A stretch of DNA of 64,000 bases from the human T2T-CHM13v2.0 reference genome, Homo sapiens. Positions 16,332 to 27,407 of the stretch are shown here, one piece after another. Position 1 is the stretch's first letter; each line of letters begins with the position of its first letter. The notes under the pieces were generated by a model. It was not told where the DNA came from, searched no databases, and saw only the letters and a program-made list of their open reading frames with translations. A program made the translations under genes and the position numbers. The DNA lies in NCBI RefSeq assembly GCF_009914755.1, contig NC_060938.1. The stretch is one strand, 5' to 3'.

Positions 16332-16465
16332 CTGCTGTATAACAGGAGCTTGTACTCCACCAGGCTGCATTTGTGGTATAACCTGTTGTTGTAGAACCAC
16401 TGACTGCTGAGGCTGAAAGATATATTGGGCACCATTGGCTGCTCTGACCACCTGAAGAAGCTGGC
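16332..16465 (-). CDS. GTF2A1: GTF2A1 exon 6 (GQLLQVVRAANGAQYIF...APVIQQ)
   Basis: 134 nt; acceptor CTTTAG|GC, donor CAG|GTAAAA; phase matches exon 5. Confidence 0.97.
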
Positions 16466-17632
16466 CTAAAGCAAAAAGCATGCATTCCGAGTTATCATTT
16501 TAGCAGTGACCATCTCAAAAGAAATGAATTCATATTTAATTTCATACCACCAAAGGCACAAGAAATTATCAAGAAAACTAACAATTTTATTAAAGGTTGT
16601 CATTCATACACAGTATGCATAATCCTCCCCTTCTCTGACTTCTCGCCATGTTCAAATACATTCCTTAAAATGTTTTATTTTTCATATTTACATCCTCATT
16701 CAGCTATTTCCAACAAGGTTTTAACAACAGATTATGAGACTTGACTAAAGCTTACATTATCTTTGCTAACCTTAGGAGTGAAGAAAGAGCAGTAAGATCA
16801 GACACTTCGGGAGCTGTTCATTTTTAAAGCTTTAAAGGAACAAAAGCTTAATAGCTCATTTAATATCTTGAAGCAAACAAAGCACCAAAGAACTTTGCTT
16901 CAAAATTGGTAAAAGCAATAAAAGTTCACAGAACCAGTTATCATCATTGTCATACAATTCACACAGAATCAAATTCCCCCAATATGTTCCTTTAGACAAC
17001 CCAGAATCTTGAATTGATTAAAAAGCAAATTACATCTTATTAAAATATGTAGCAAGACAAGCCCCTAATTTCACAAATTTACAAATTAACAAAAATAACA
17101 TACACAGAATAGAAAATAAATAATAACTATATAATCAAGATTATAGGGAACACTTAAAATCCATGTAAATAAATTTTTCAAGCACCAATATGCCAAAACA
17201 CATGAGCTAGACATTGGTCTTTTGTCAATGAAGAGATACTATGTATAATAATAGCATACAATAAATTTGCTCTTAATATGCTCTAGGAATTACTTTGATA
17301 TCACAAGTTCAAAGAAGTTTAATACTCACTTGCCATGTTAAATGTGTTCAGTAAAAAACTAAGTAAGCATTTTTATATAATCATACTTCAATAATAGGGT
17401 TATCATGCACAGATCAAAGGTTCAAGTACAATTTTCATCTTCTTTACTGTATCCTCAACAACGATTACAGTTATATGTGTTACAGCCCTCAAATAAAGTT
17501 ATTTTAATAACCTAAACCAAATGGTAAAAGAAATATTAGTATTTTCTGTCTTTCAAAGAAGACAAAACCTAAGGGCTAGATAGTACAATTTTCTGAATTA
17601 CATTTTAAAATGGTTCCATCATTCCTAATTAC

Positions 17633-17708
17633 CTGAATTTGTTAATATCTGCTGAACAGGAGTCACACCTGCAGGGAGTGCTAAGGTAGCAGCTGTAGCA
17701 GCAGCACT
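17633..17708 (-). CDS. GTF2A1: GTF2A1 exon 5 (SAAATAATLALPAGVTPVQQILTNS)
   Basis: 76 nt; acceptor TTTTTTTCAG|AGT, donor CAG|GTAATT. Confidence 0.97.
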
Positions 17709-18386
17709 CTGAAAAAAACAAAGAAAAAATATCAAAACCACATACATGTATAATACTGTTTCTCTCTAGCATATTTTAATAGTGTATGAAACTTTTTGTT
17801 TAGAATATACCAAAATTTAAAAAATCTAGTAAGGCTAAATCCCATTTTATAAAATGGTACAAGACTGACCAACCTAGCCTCCAACCTACTAAATTATTTT
17901 AAGCAGTTAAATACAACAATATAATTGGGTTTTTTCCCCTAGAGAAGGTGCTCTAAGTAAATCTCACAGGTACTGCAGTTTTTTTTTCCTTCTTGTCCCA
18001 TCAATCTTCTTTAAGGTACCAAGCCTTCCTATACTCAATCTAACCTACACATTTTTAGACAATACCCACATTAACAATGCTGTACAATATATGAAATGGC
18101 TATTTCATTATTGCTTCCTTTCCCACTGTTTCCTTATCCCCATTTCCTTGAGATAAAAGTATAATTATCTACTTTTTAGAATTCTTAACTTTTAAAATTT
18201 CTACTAAAATCAACAGATATCTATAAAGAACACTGTATCAGAAGACTTCACTGGGAGTACAGCTGACAATTCTTCTAAGATGTCATATTAGCAAAGAAAA
18301 AAGGGACATACTGGCATTATATTCTAGGTGAAACATGCATTAATAACAGATTAATACAAAAAATCTGTAAATCTTAAGAAAAGTCA

Positions 18387-18650
18387 CACCAGGCAGACTG
18401 GCTCACGCCTGTAATCCCAGCACTTTAGGAGGCCCACGTGGGCAGATCGCTTGAGCTCAGGAGTTTGAGACCAGCCTGGGCAATATGGTGAAATCCCATT
18501 TCTACAAAAAATACAAAAATTAGCTGAGCAGGGTGGTGCACACCTGTAGTCCCAGCTACTTGGGAGGGTGAGGTGGGAGGATGGCTTGAACCTGAAGGTG
18601 GAGGTTGCAGTGAGCCGAGATTGTGCCACTGCACTCCAGCCTGGGCAATA
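18387..18650 (+). mobile_element. Alu (AluJ-like), tail missing
   Basis: Diverged dimer. Confidence 0.9.
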
Positions 18651-20564
18651 GTCACAAACTTTAGTTTCAACATTTTGAAATCAAGTTAGTATGTGACACT
18701 TAAGTTATAAAGATATAGACGGGATTATATTATGAATTTCTTTAAATCCAGGACAAATTCTTGACTTCCTGGAGAGTTCTGGAGAGTTTTCTCCTCCTGT
18801 CCTCCCGCAAAGAATTATGCCATTCTCTGGTTTTTTATTCTGCACTTTAAGTATTTTCCTGTATCCCGCTATAGCTACACATTTTGGTAGTTTTTTCCCT
18901 CTCTTTTCAATCTTCTTTAGCTACCAACCATTCATACATTCAATCTAACCTATACAGTTTTAGAACTACCCATATCTGAAAAAGCTTAAAAAAATAAATA
19001 TAACTGCTTTGGAAATGCTAGTGTCAGAGAAGTCAACAAACTTAGAAAATTATTAAACTGAGTTAATAGTTCAACTACTGTCTAGTCTGGGCTCTAGGTA
19101 CATAGCTTTCCAAGAAAATACACTTGTTGCCACTTGACAAACCTAAGTAATTTCTACATCTTGGGCCTGAAATTCCCACTGTGTCTCCAGAATTTAACTA
19201 TAGCCCACCCGGGTGATTCGTATTTAAGTTGGATACTCAATTACCCAATTTAAAATAAAACTTGGCTATATAAGCAAATTAAAGGTTATCTAAGTTTAAG
19301 GAAAATATTAACCACCACATACTATTAAGAAATATTTAAAAAGAAAAAAACAAAAATATTTAGAAATATTAAGTGCCTATAATTCATATTTTGAAAGACA
19401 GCAATTCTCCCTCTACCAGCAAACTGACATAGTAGTTTCCATATAGAATACACGACCCAATAACTACCTGCACACCCTCCACAAATTCAAGCTGCATAAC
19501 ATATATTTGCTGAGTCATGTACCATACACTAACCACCTTATACTTAATAACTATTAAAATTTCTTCTTGTATTCCACAAAACAGCCCAAACACAAATAAT
19601 GCATTAGACCAATCATTTCATAAAAAAGAACCGAAAACAATGGTTTTCTAGAAGTTCCCTGAAATAGCCTTCTACTATATTATCTCACGTTTTTATGATT
19701 AGTTCATTTCTAATGCAAACAGAGCCATTAGAAAGAACAAATATATTTTTGCTATTTCTAAATCAGAATAATGCAAACCCACAAAAACCTAAAACACTTT
19801 TATTGGTACAGAGCCTATACTGATTATGTTCAGAAATACATGAAGGAAACACTGACTAAAAACAACAAAGTAAAATGTAAAATATACAGAAATGTTAAAT
19901 CAATTTTCCTGAGTAACTGACCTATGATTTGTTTAAATACATATGCTCTTTAGAATAAAGGAGACTTAACCAGTAAGTAAGAGATGGACCACTAATTTTT
20001 ATCCCAGAAATAACTTACTAATTCAAAATTCTCTTCCACAACATTTAAAATTCTTTTAGAGGGGCCTACCACAAGAGACTCTGCCAAAATTTGTTTTAAA
20101 ATAATGTGAGTTATTCCCTAGGATATAGTCTTAATAACATCAACTACAATAAGCAACATATAGTGAGACTTTTTTTTTTTAAGGGTGGAGGTTAAAAAAA
20201 ATTGGGGCCTTAGACTTAAAATGGAGTTTTTTCCAATAAAAAATCTTGTGAGAAATAACAGGCATGAAATTTTTTATTTTCATGTAAACGAAAAGATTCT
20301 AGAAACTGCAACTACAAGTACAAACAGAGATCCTCGATATTTGTGAATTTAAAAACTGCAATTTCTACTATCATGTAGAAACTTTCAATTCTGCCACAGT
20401 ATGAATTTGTGAGGCTGGTAATGTGTAGGAGGAAGTCATCTGTCTAGTGGGTAAGCCCTTCTTATCTGGCTTATAAACCACAAATGAACTTTGTGATTCA
20501 GTATCACTCACAAAGTAGAACTCATCTTTTCATACACTGCTTTTTGGTTTAAAAAAAAACTTGA

Positions 20565-20865
20565 GGCTGGGCGTGGTGGCTCACACCTGTAATCCTAACA
20601 CTTCAGGAGGCCGAGGTGGGCAGATCGCTTGAGGTGAGGAGTTGGGCGACCAGCCTGGCCAACATGGTGAAACCCTGTCTCTACTAAAAGTACAAAAAAA
20701 TTAGCCAGGTGTGGTGACATACACCTGTACTCCCAGCTACTCAGGAGGCTGAGGTGGGAGGATCACTTGAACCTAGGAGGCGGAGGTTGCAGTTAGCCAA
20801 GATCACACCACTGCACTCCAGCCTGGGTGACAGGGTAAGACTCCATCTTCAAAAAAAAAAAAAAA
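20565..20865 (+). mobile_element. Alu
   Basis: Dimer; TSD AAAAAAAACTTGA. Confidence 0.95.
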
Positions 20866-21817
20866 CTTGAACGGAGGGAAAAAAAAATCTCATTTCTAGT
20901 ACTAACTAGTTACATAGGTTAAAAGATCTTTTTACAAATATTGATTCTTTCACCTTTAAATAAAAGTTTTGGCTGAAGAATGAAATGTAAGAGCTGAGTC
21001 ACCACTCAATGAAATCAACAGTCTGTATATTTTAAACAGAATAAAGAAAAACCATTTATAAGGAAGTATTGAACTACTCTAATCTGACTATATTTTAATG
21101 TTTTATCCAAAAAAAAAAAAAAAAACAAAAAACAACTTCAAGGATATAGGTAAAGATTTTCTAAGGATCTGAAGAGGTTCTTTCAAGTTTACAGTTAACC
21201 TATACTACATTTGTTGAGAAATATTATATGTCTGAAATGTAATTTGAAAATATGAGTGAGGACTTGTAAAGTTTAGTGGATAGTCCTCAGAAATATAAAA
21301 ATTCTAATATAACTCAGCTGGTTAAAATGTATTCTGTGGTAATTTACACACTATAATGACTTATTAGACTATACTATGGTTAAGTCAGAGTAATATTTTT
21401 AAATGCTTGATTTTAAAAATAGTTATACTGAACTATCCAGTCTATCTTCATTTTTTAAAAGTTCACAATTCTTAGCCTTCCCACCCTCTTCCAATTACTA
21501 GGTCTCCTGAAACAGAACCATACTTGGCATTATAAGCTTGGTAGGTACCCTAAAACTTTTTCGGAAATAGTAGGGAATGGAATAACTCTCACAAAGCACC
21601 ATTCTTTTGGTATTCTTAAACAATTCCGTAATTTTATGAACCTTAATGTCTAGGTACCAAGCTAAACTTCAGATCCAATATTCAGGAAACTAAAACAGCT
21701 GTTTTGCTTGAGTCTTCAATAAACTTCAAGTTGTTAATATAGGACATATATAGGCATAATTACAATGTGGGTTAGAATTAAGTACAGCCAATCAAACTGC
21801 TACATTCTGAGTCTTAC

Positions 21818-21882
21818 CATGTTTGATGCATTCATATGCTGTATCAACTTAGAATCTGGAACAATAACTTGTGGTGCTGTGG
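21818..21882 (-). CDS. GTF2A1: GTF2A1 exon 4 (ATAPQVIVPDSKLIQHMNASNM)
   Basis: 65 nt; acceptor TTTTTGTAG|CC, donor ATG|GTAAGA; phase matches exon 3. Confidence 0.97.
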
Positions 21883-22100
21883 CTACAAAAAAACAAGCGA
21901 ACATGCAAACAAGGAACCATGAGGCTATTTTATAATCACAAGAACACTTTACATACAATGATGAAAACTTTTTTCATGTTTTTCATGTTTTCTGCACTCA
22001 AATGCTTTCAATCATTTCATCTCAGGACATTATAAATGTATATGGCAAATAACAGCTGTGATATACCCACCCTATACTAGAAAACATTAAAAAATATTTA

Positions 22101-22360
<260 letters not shown>

Positions 22361-22670
22361 TTAAGTGGCAATTCCTAAGGATGCAAGGGAATTTAGGAAC
22401 ATGAAGTAGTGAGTTACCTTAACATCTAAACATACATAGTTCTATGCATTCTTAAGTAAACTGGACATTTTCAAACATAATTTTGTCTTAACTCAAGGTT
22501 AACTGTTTTACTGATACAATGATACCACTGTTACAATGAGTTACTAATCCAATAAAAGTAAGCTCAAAAAGTTGTGACTAGTTTTTCAAATCTACATAGT
22601 CCTTTTCTTCCAAATATGACAGCTGACAGACTCATGCCACTTTCATCAGCTGTTTAAAAAATACAAATCA

Positions 22671-22866
22671 GCCGGGTGCAGGGATGCATGCCTGTAGTCC
22701 CAGCAACTCAGGAGGCTAAGGTGGGAGGATCACTTGAGCCCAGGAGTTCTGGGCTGTATGTGCTATGCTGATCAGGTGTCCAAATAAGTTCGGCATCAAT
22801 ATGGTGGCCTCCTGAAAGCAGGGGACCACCAGGTTGCCTGAAGAGTGGTAAACCGGCAAAAGTCGG
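22671..22866 (+). pseudogene. 7SL (SRP) RNA retropseudogene, 3'-truncated, no poly(A)
   Basis: Alu 5' domain continues into S domain (AAGTTCGGCATCAATATGGTG...GGGGACCACCAGGTTGCCT); TSD AAAAAATACAAATCA at 22656-22670 and 22867-22881. Confidence 0.92.
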
Positions 22867-22918
22867 AAAAAATACAAATCAGAAATAATGGCAATGTTAC
22901 TTAAGCGTAAAAGGAATT

Positions 22919-23058
22919 ACATGTTTGATTCCGCAAATTTCAGAGAACAGATAACTCCATTATCCTAATATTCTCTGAGTGAAGAAAATCAAATTTTAAT
23001 TTATGATGACCTAAAATCCTAATGCCAGGTCTGAAGGCAACAGGAAGAACAGTCATCA
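22919..23058 (-). ncRNA. SNORA79: Box H/ACA snoRNA (ACA65), U6 pseudouridylation guide, in intron 3
   Basis: 140 nt; hairpin 1 closed by TGATGAC/GTCATCA; H box AAATTA; hairpin 2 closed by TTTGATT/AATCAAA; ACA 3 nt from the end; pockets complementary to U6 around U31 and U86. Confidence 0.93.
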
Positions 23059-24123
23059 AAAAAGAATAAAAGGATAAAATTATTTGATACAAAGTACACA
23101 TTAAAATTAGGTATGAAAAGTACCACTAGATATCAACAGTAAAATAACCCAAATACTCTTCTACTGTGTGTCATTACCAATTTTAAGACACATATATATA
23201 CTGTCAAATGAGGCAAATGAGTAACTAAATGATATTAAAATGAACTTTTCATTTACTTCTAGTGTCCTCTCCCATAAAAGCAGATGCACTGAATTAGAAT
23301 GCTCAGGAAGTTTTATAACTGAATAGATGTTTGTCATGAGAGAAAATACAGATCAAGTTTCTTAGCCTTTTCTGGGCTCAGATTTTCCTCAGCTGTAAAA
23401 CTGAGCCAAGGGCTATTTTACAAAGCCCTTATAAGATGCCAGTGAAACAGTATCTATAAAATGACTTGCAGAGTACAAGGCACTATGGACACAGTCTATG
23501 AATATTTGCTTTTTCTTAGCTTTAATCCAAGTAATATAAATTAAGATATGTTATATATCCACTCTTAACTTAAAATAAATCTAATTCAGTCCATTTAGGC
23601 TTACATAAATTCCTATGGAGCTGAATTTTCAGATTGCCAAAGTATACAAAAAACTCCAGAATGTAAGATATATTTTAAAAACTAATCTGAAACATGTCTT
23701 TGAAAGAACATGTTTTATAGAGAAAGCAAATAACTATTTTACCATATAAAATAATAAATCCCTTAGTAAATAAACCTTTTAGATTTAACTTAGGAAATCC
23801 ATCACTATATAGCCTTTTCAAAACAAAATATTAATATAACTTCTCTGAATATCTTAGGCTTTCAATTAGTAAATTACTTGTCTACCATTACTCTACAGAT
23901 ACAACCTACATTTTATACAAATTTATATACATTTACATACACATCCCTCAGCCAAGAGAAAGGGGGGAAAAAGCCCGAAATCAACAGAGGGGTTTTTGTT
24001 TATTTTTAGGTTCTCCATGTGCCCCTTAAAAGACAAGATCCAAAAAATGCAGAATATTTCTCTTCTTTCATAATGACAAACTTAATTTCCAAGTCATAAG
24101 TAGGAAAACAAGTCCAGTCTCAC

Positions 24124-24328
24124 CTTGCTGTGATGCAGGAATAAGAACCTGCTGGGTCTGCGCTTGCTGAGGTACTGTCTGCTGAGGCTGAGCTTGCTGA
24201 TGATGGTGATGGTGGTGATGCTGCTGCTGCTGGGGTTGATGCTGCTGTTGAACTTGCAGTAGAAGCTGCTGCTCTTCTGAATGAAATCCATCTACTGCCC
24301 TGGACTGCATTAGTTTGTTTTCCCATAA
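24124..24328 (-). CDS. GTF2A1: GTF2A1 exon 3 (LWENKLMQSRAVDG...polyQ/polyH...ASQQ)
   Basis: 205 nt; acceptor CCTTAG|TTA, donor AAG|GTGAGA; overlaps ORF 24068..24310. Confidence 0.98.
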
Positions 24329-25329
24329 CTAAGGCAAAGAACATTAAAGATTTCTAAGTGAAAAATAACTCTGGACAGATGAATACAACAGTTTTATTAA
24401 TCTCTTTATAAAGTTATTCCATTTTAAAAACTGATACAGACACAGAAATACAACAAATCTGTAATTCTAACCCAAGTGAAACAATAACAAAAACAAAATT
24501 TTAAAGTATCAAACCTCATTTTTGCCACATCAGAGTACTGAAGATTTTGTTTCTTTTTTTTATCTTCCAATGAACTTTCTATAGTAATTCCTTAATCAGC
24601 AGTTATTATTAAGCGATGAGTTTCATACAAGCAACTTCTTTAGTAATCAAAGATTATCCTTTATAATAGCAAAACCATTACTAAACTATTTTTATATGGA
24701 ACTTTTTCCTTATAAAAATAGAAAATACAAAATTTTCTGCAACATATAAAACATAAATTCTTAAATAACATACAAAACATAAATTCATTTACAACAGTGA
24801 GATACATAGATGCAATCCCCCAAAGAAGAAAAGCCTAACTTTCCATCTGTCCAATCCTACATAAAGAAAAAGAACCGGCAACGCCCGAAGGTCTTAGTAG
24901 TTATCCCAACTCTCCACACTTCTTGAAATGTCCTTCCTTCTTCCATTACGCCAATTGACAATCCTTTTCTGTTTAGCCATTTCTATTTTCTCATTTCACC
25001 TTAGGTTCTATGATGGGAAAAATCATAATGGACAAAAAGAAAGAAAAGAAAAGAAAACATGTGCAACGATTTCATTCTTCTACCTAACACATTTCCTCTC
25101 TACCAGGTTTAGTGTTCAATCTAGAGCCTTTACCTTTTAAGAAACTGGCCAAAAAGTCACAAACTATTCCCTGAAAATACAGATAAAACTTCATTTGGTC
25201 ATTCTGTACACAAGGATCTACACATACTTTGTCTTCTCCTCCAGGATTTGCTCTTGGCATATTGCCTAATTGACCTGAAGCTTCTATCAGATCCTTCAAG
25301 AACTTCCCTTTGCCATACTCACAGAGAGT

Positions 25330-25483
25330 TTCTTTATTTTTTTATTTTTTTTTTTAATTTAAGAAATAGTGACAAGATCTCACTATGTTGCCCAGGCTGG
25401 TCTCGAACTCCTGGGCTCAAGCAATCTGCTCGCCTTGGCCTCCCAAAGAGCTGAGATTATAGGCGTGAGCCACCATGCCTGGT
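25330..25483 (-). mobile_element. Alu monomer (FLAM-like)
   Basis: TSD ATACTCACAGAGA. Confidence 0.9.
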
Positions 25484-27340
25484 CATACTCACAGAGATTT
25501 TTTATAATCTTCTGACCCTTCCAATCATTCCAGACATTCTAGATTTGTTGTCATGATGCTAGTAACAGTTCCACTAAATCTCTAATGGCTTACTGAGAAA
25601 GCAAATGTTAAGGTCAATTTCCTAGGGAATCCTACTGGCAGACCCAGTATTTAGACTTACCTGAAGTCTATTCTTAGAGAGATGGTAACAAGATCTATCT
25701 CACTGGTTGTTGAGAGGATTAAATGACATATCTATGTAAAACAATTATCAGTGTTACATAAAGTTGGTGATCAAAATATATTATTATTGGTGGCAGTGGT
25801 GGTGGCATTAACTGTTTAACAGAGCCTTACACCAGAAGTCAGGAACCCAGTTAGTCCTGGTTTGGCCATTTATGTAACCTGATCATTTATCTTTCTTAGG
25901 CATCTTCTTCACCCAAAAGGGGAACCAACTGAATAAGATTACTTCTAAACTCACTTCCAGTGAATAAATTTAAGTCTCTGCTAATTCCAGGCGAAAGACA
26001 GCGCTTCTTCCCGTAGTAACAAGCACTACTTTCTGAGATCCCATGTTGTGTCTGATTCATCTCTGTAAAGTAGGCATCTAGAATAGCGCACCATCAAAAT
26101 AGACACTCACATGCTAAATAAAACACATTATGACTAATGTATTATATATAGTAAGGCTTCCAAACACTCTGTTATCACCCAAACCTTCTACATCTTCTCC
26201 TCTCTTCCAAAACAAAACAAAGCCTGTTTCTTGTGAGCCAAAAATCAAGGTGAAAAAAAGTCTTATTAATGTTTTGTTTAAAAAGTTTTTGAAATCATAA
26301 TTTTCTAAATTTTATGCTTCACTTTTACCACCTCCAACTGGTTTACCCACAGCAATCTCGACCCATCACTTCTACGAAGCTCCTATGATAATGGTAAACA
26401 TTAATGAATACACATCATGTGTGGCTAAGTACTGGGCACCATGACTCACCTAGACTCCCATGTAAACGACCTAGGAGTCAGAATCTACCCCAACAGCCCA
26501 CCATTATTGTCTATTCTGATTCAGTGTTCCAATGCATCTCTATGACATGGCCCTGGTCCTTTCTGCCCAGCAGTACTGCAAACAGTAGTAATGTAGTGAC
26601 TCAACTCTTGAGTTTCCTGCATCAAGTCATACAGTCCACAAATAATTATGTCCTATATGCCAAACACTGTTACAGGCATTGAGAAGATACAGTGAACAAA
26701 CCTGAGAAAAATGCTCGACCTTACAGAGCAGACATTCCAGCGGACACTTGCCCTTCCAATCTATCCTCTATAAATCAGTGATCCTCAAAATGCGGTTCTA
26801 GACCCAACATCAGCATCACCTGGGTACTTGTTAAAAATACTGAATCAGCAGCTCTGGGGGTTATTCAGGTTATTCTGATGTATGCTAAAGTGAGAACCGC
26901 TTTAAAATCTAGACCGATGTTTTTCAAACTGAGGACTGCAACCCACTAGTGATTCATAGTCAATTTAGAATTTTCTTTGTAGCCCTCTCTCCTTCTCTCC
27001 CTTTCCTTTCTTTCTCTCTCCTTCCCTCCCCTTCTCCGTCCCTCTCTTTCCCCTTCTCCCTCCCTCTCTCCACTAAGAATGTTTTTTGTAAACAAAATAG
27101 AACTGAGAAAAAATCAGACTGTACTACACTGAGAAAAAACTTTTGCAGATTTTTGTTATACACACATACACTGGCGCATGTATTTATTCAAAATGTTAAA
27201 TACTATTAATTCTTAAGGAGGGTCCTAGTCAAGAAGTTTGAGAAACACTGTTCTACACTGTTATCAAGGCGAATTTTTTTAAATTTATAAATATGATATC
27301 CTCTGCTTAAAAACTGGAACCACAGCAAAGTAATTAATAT

Positions 27341-27407
27341 ATCTATCTATCTACCTACCTACGTACCTACCTACCTACCTACCTACCTACCTACCTACCT
27401 ACCTACC
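27341..27407. repeat. Compound (ATCT)n(ACCT)n tetranucleotide microsatellite
   Basis: Seen directly; abuts the THE1 5' LTR. Confidence 0.95.

Noticed and set aside
17324-17360. Possible 29-nt micro-exon in intron 5 (CAA|GTGAGT donor)
   Set aside because: Acceptor lacks a convincing pyrimidine tract; the sequence alone cannot support it
22671-22866. Functional SRP RNA gene
   Set aside because: 3' third missing, CpG decay, TSD-flanked, no Pol III terminator
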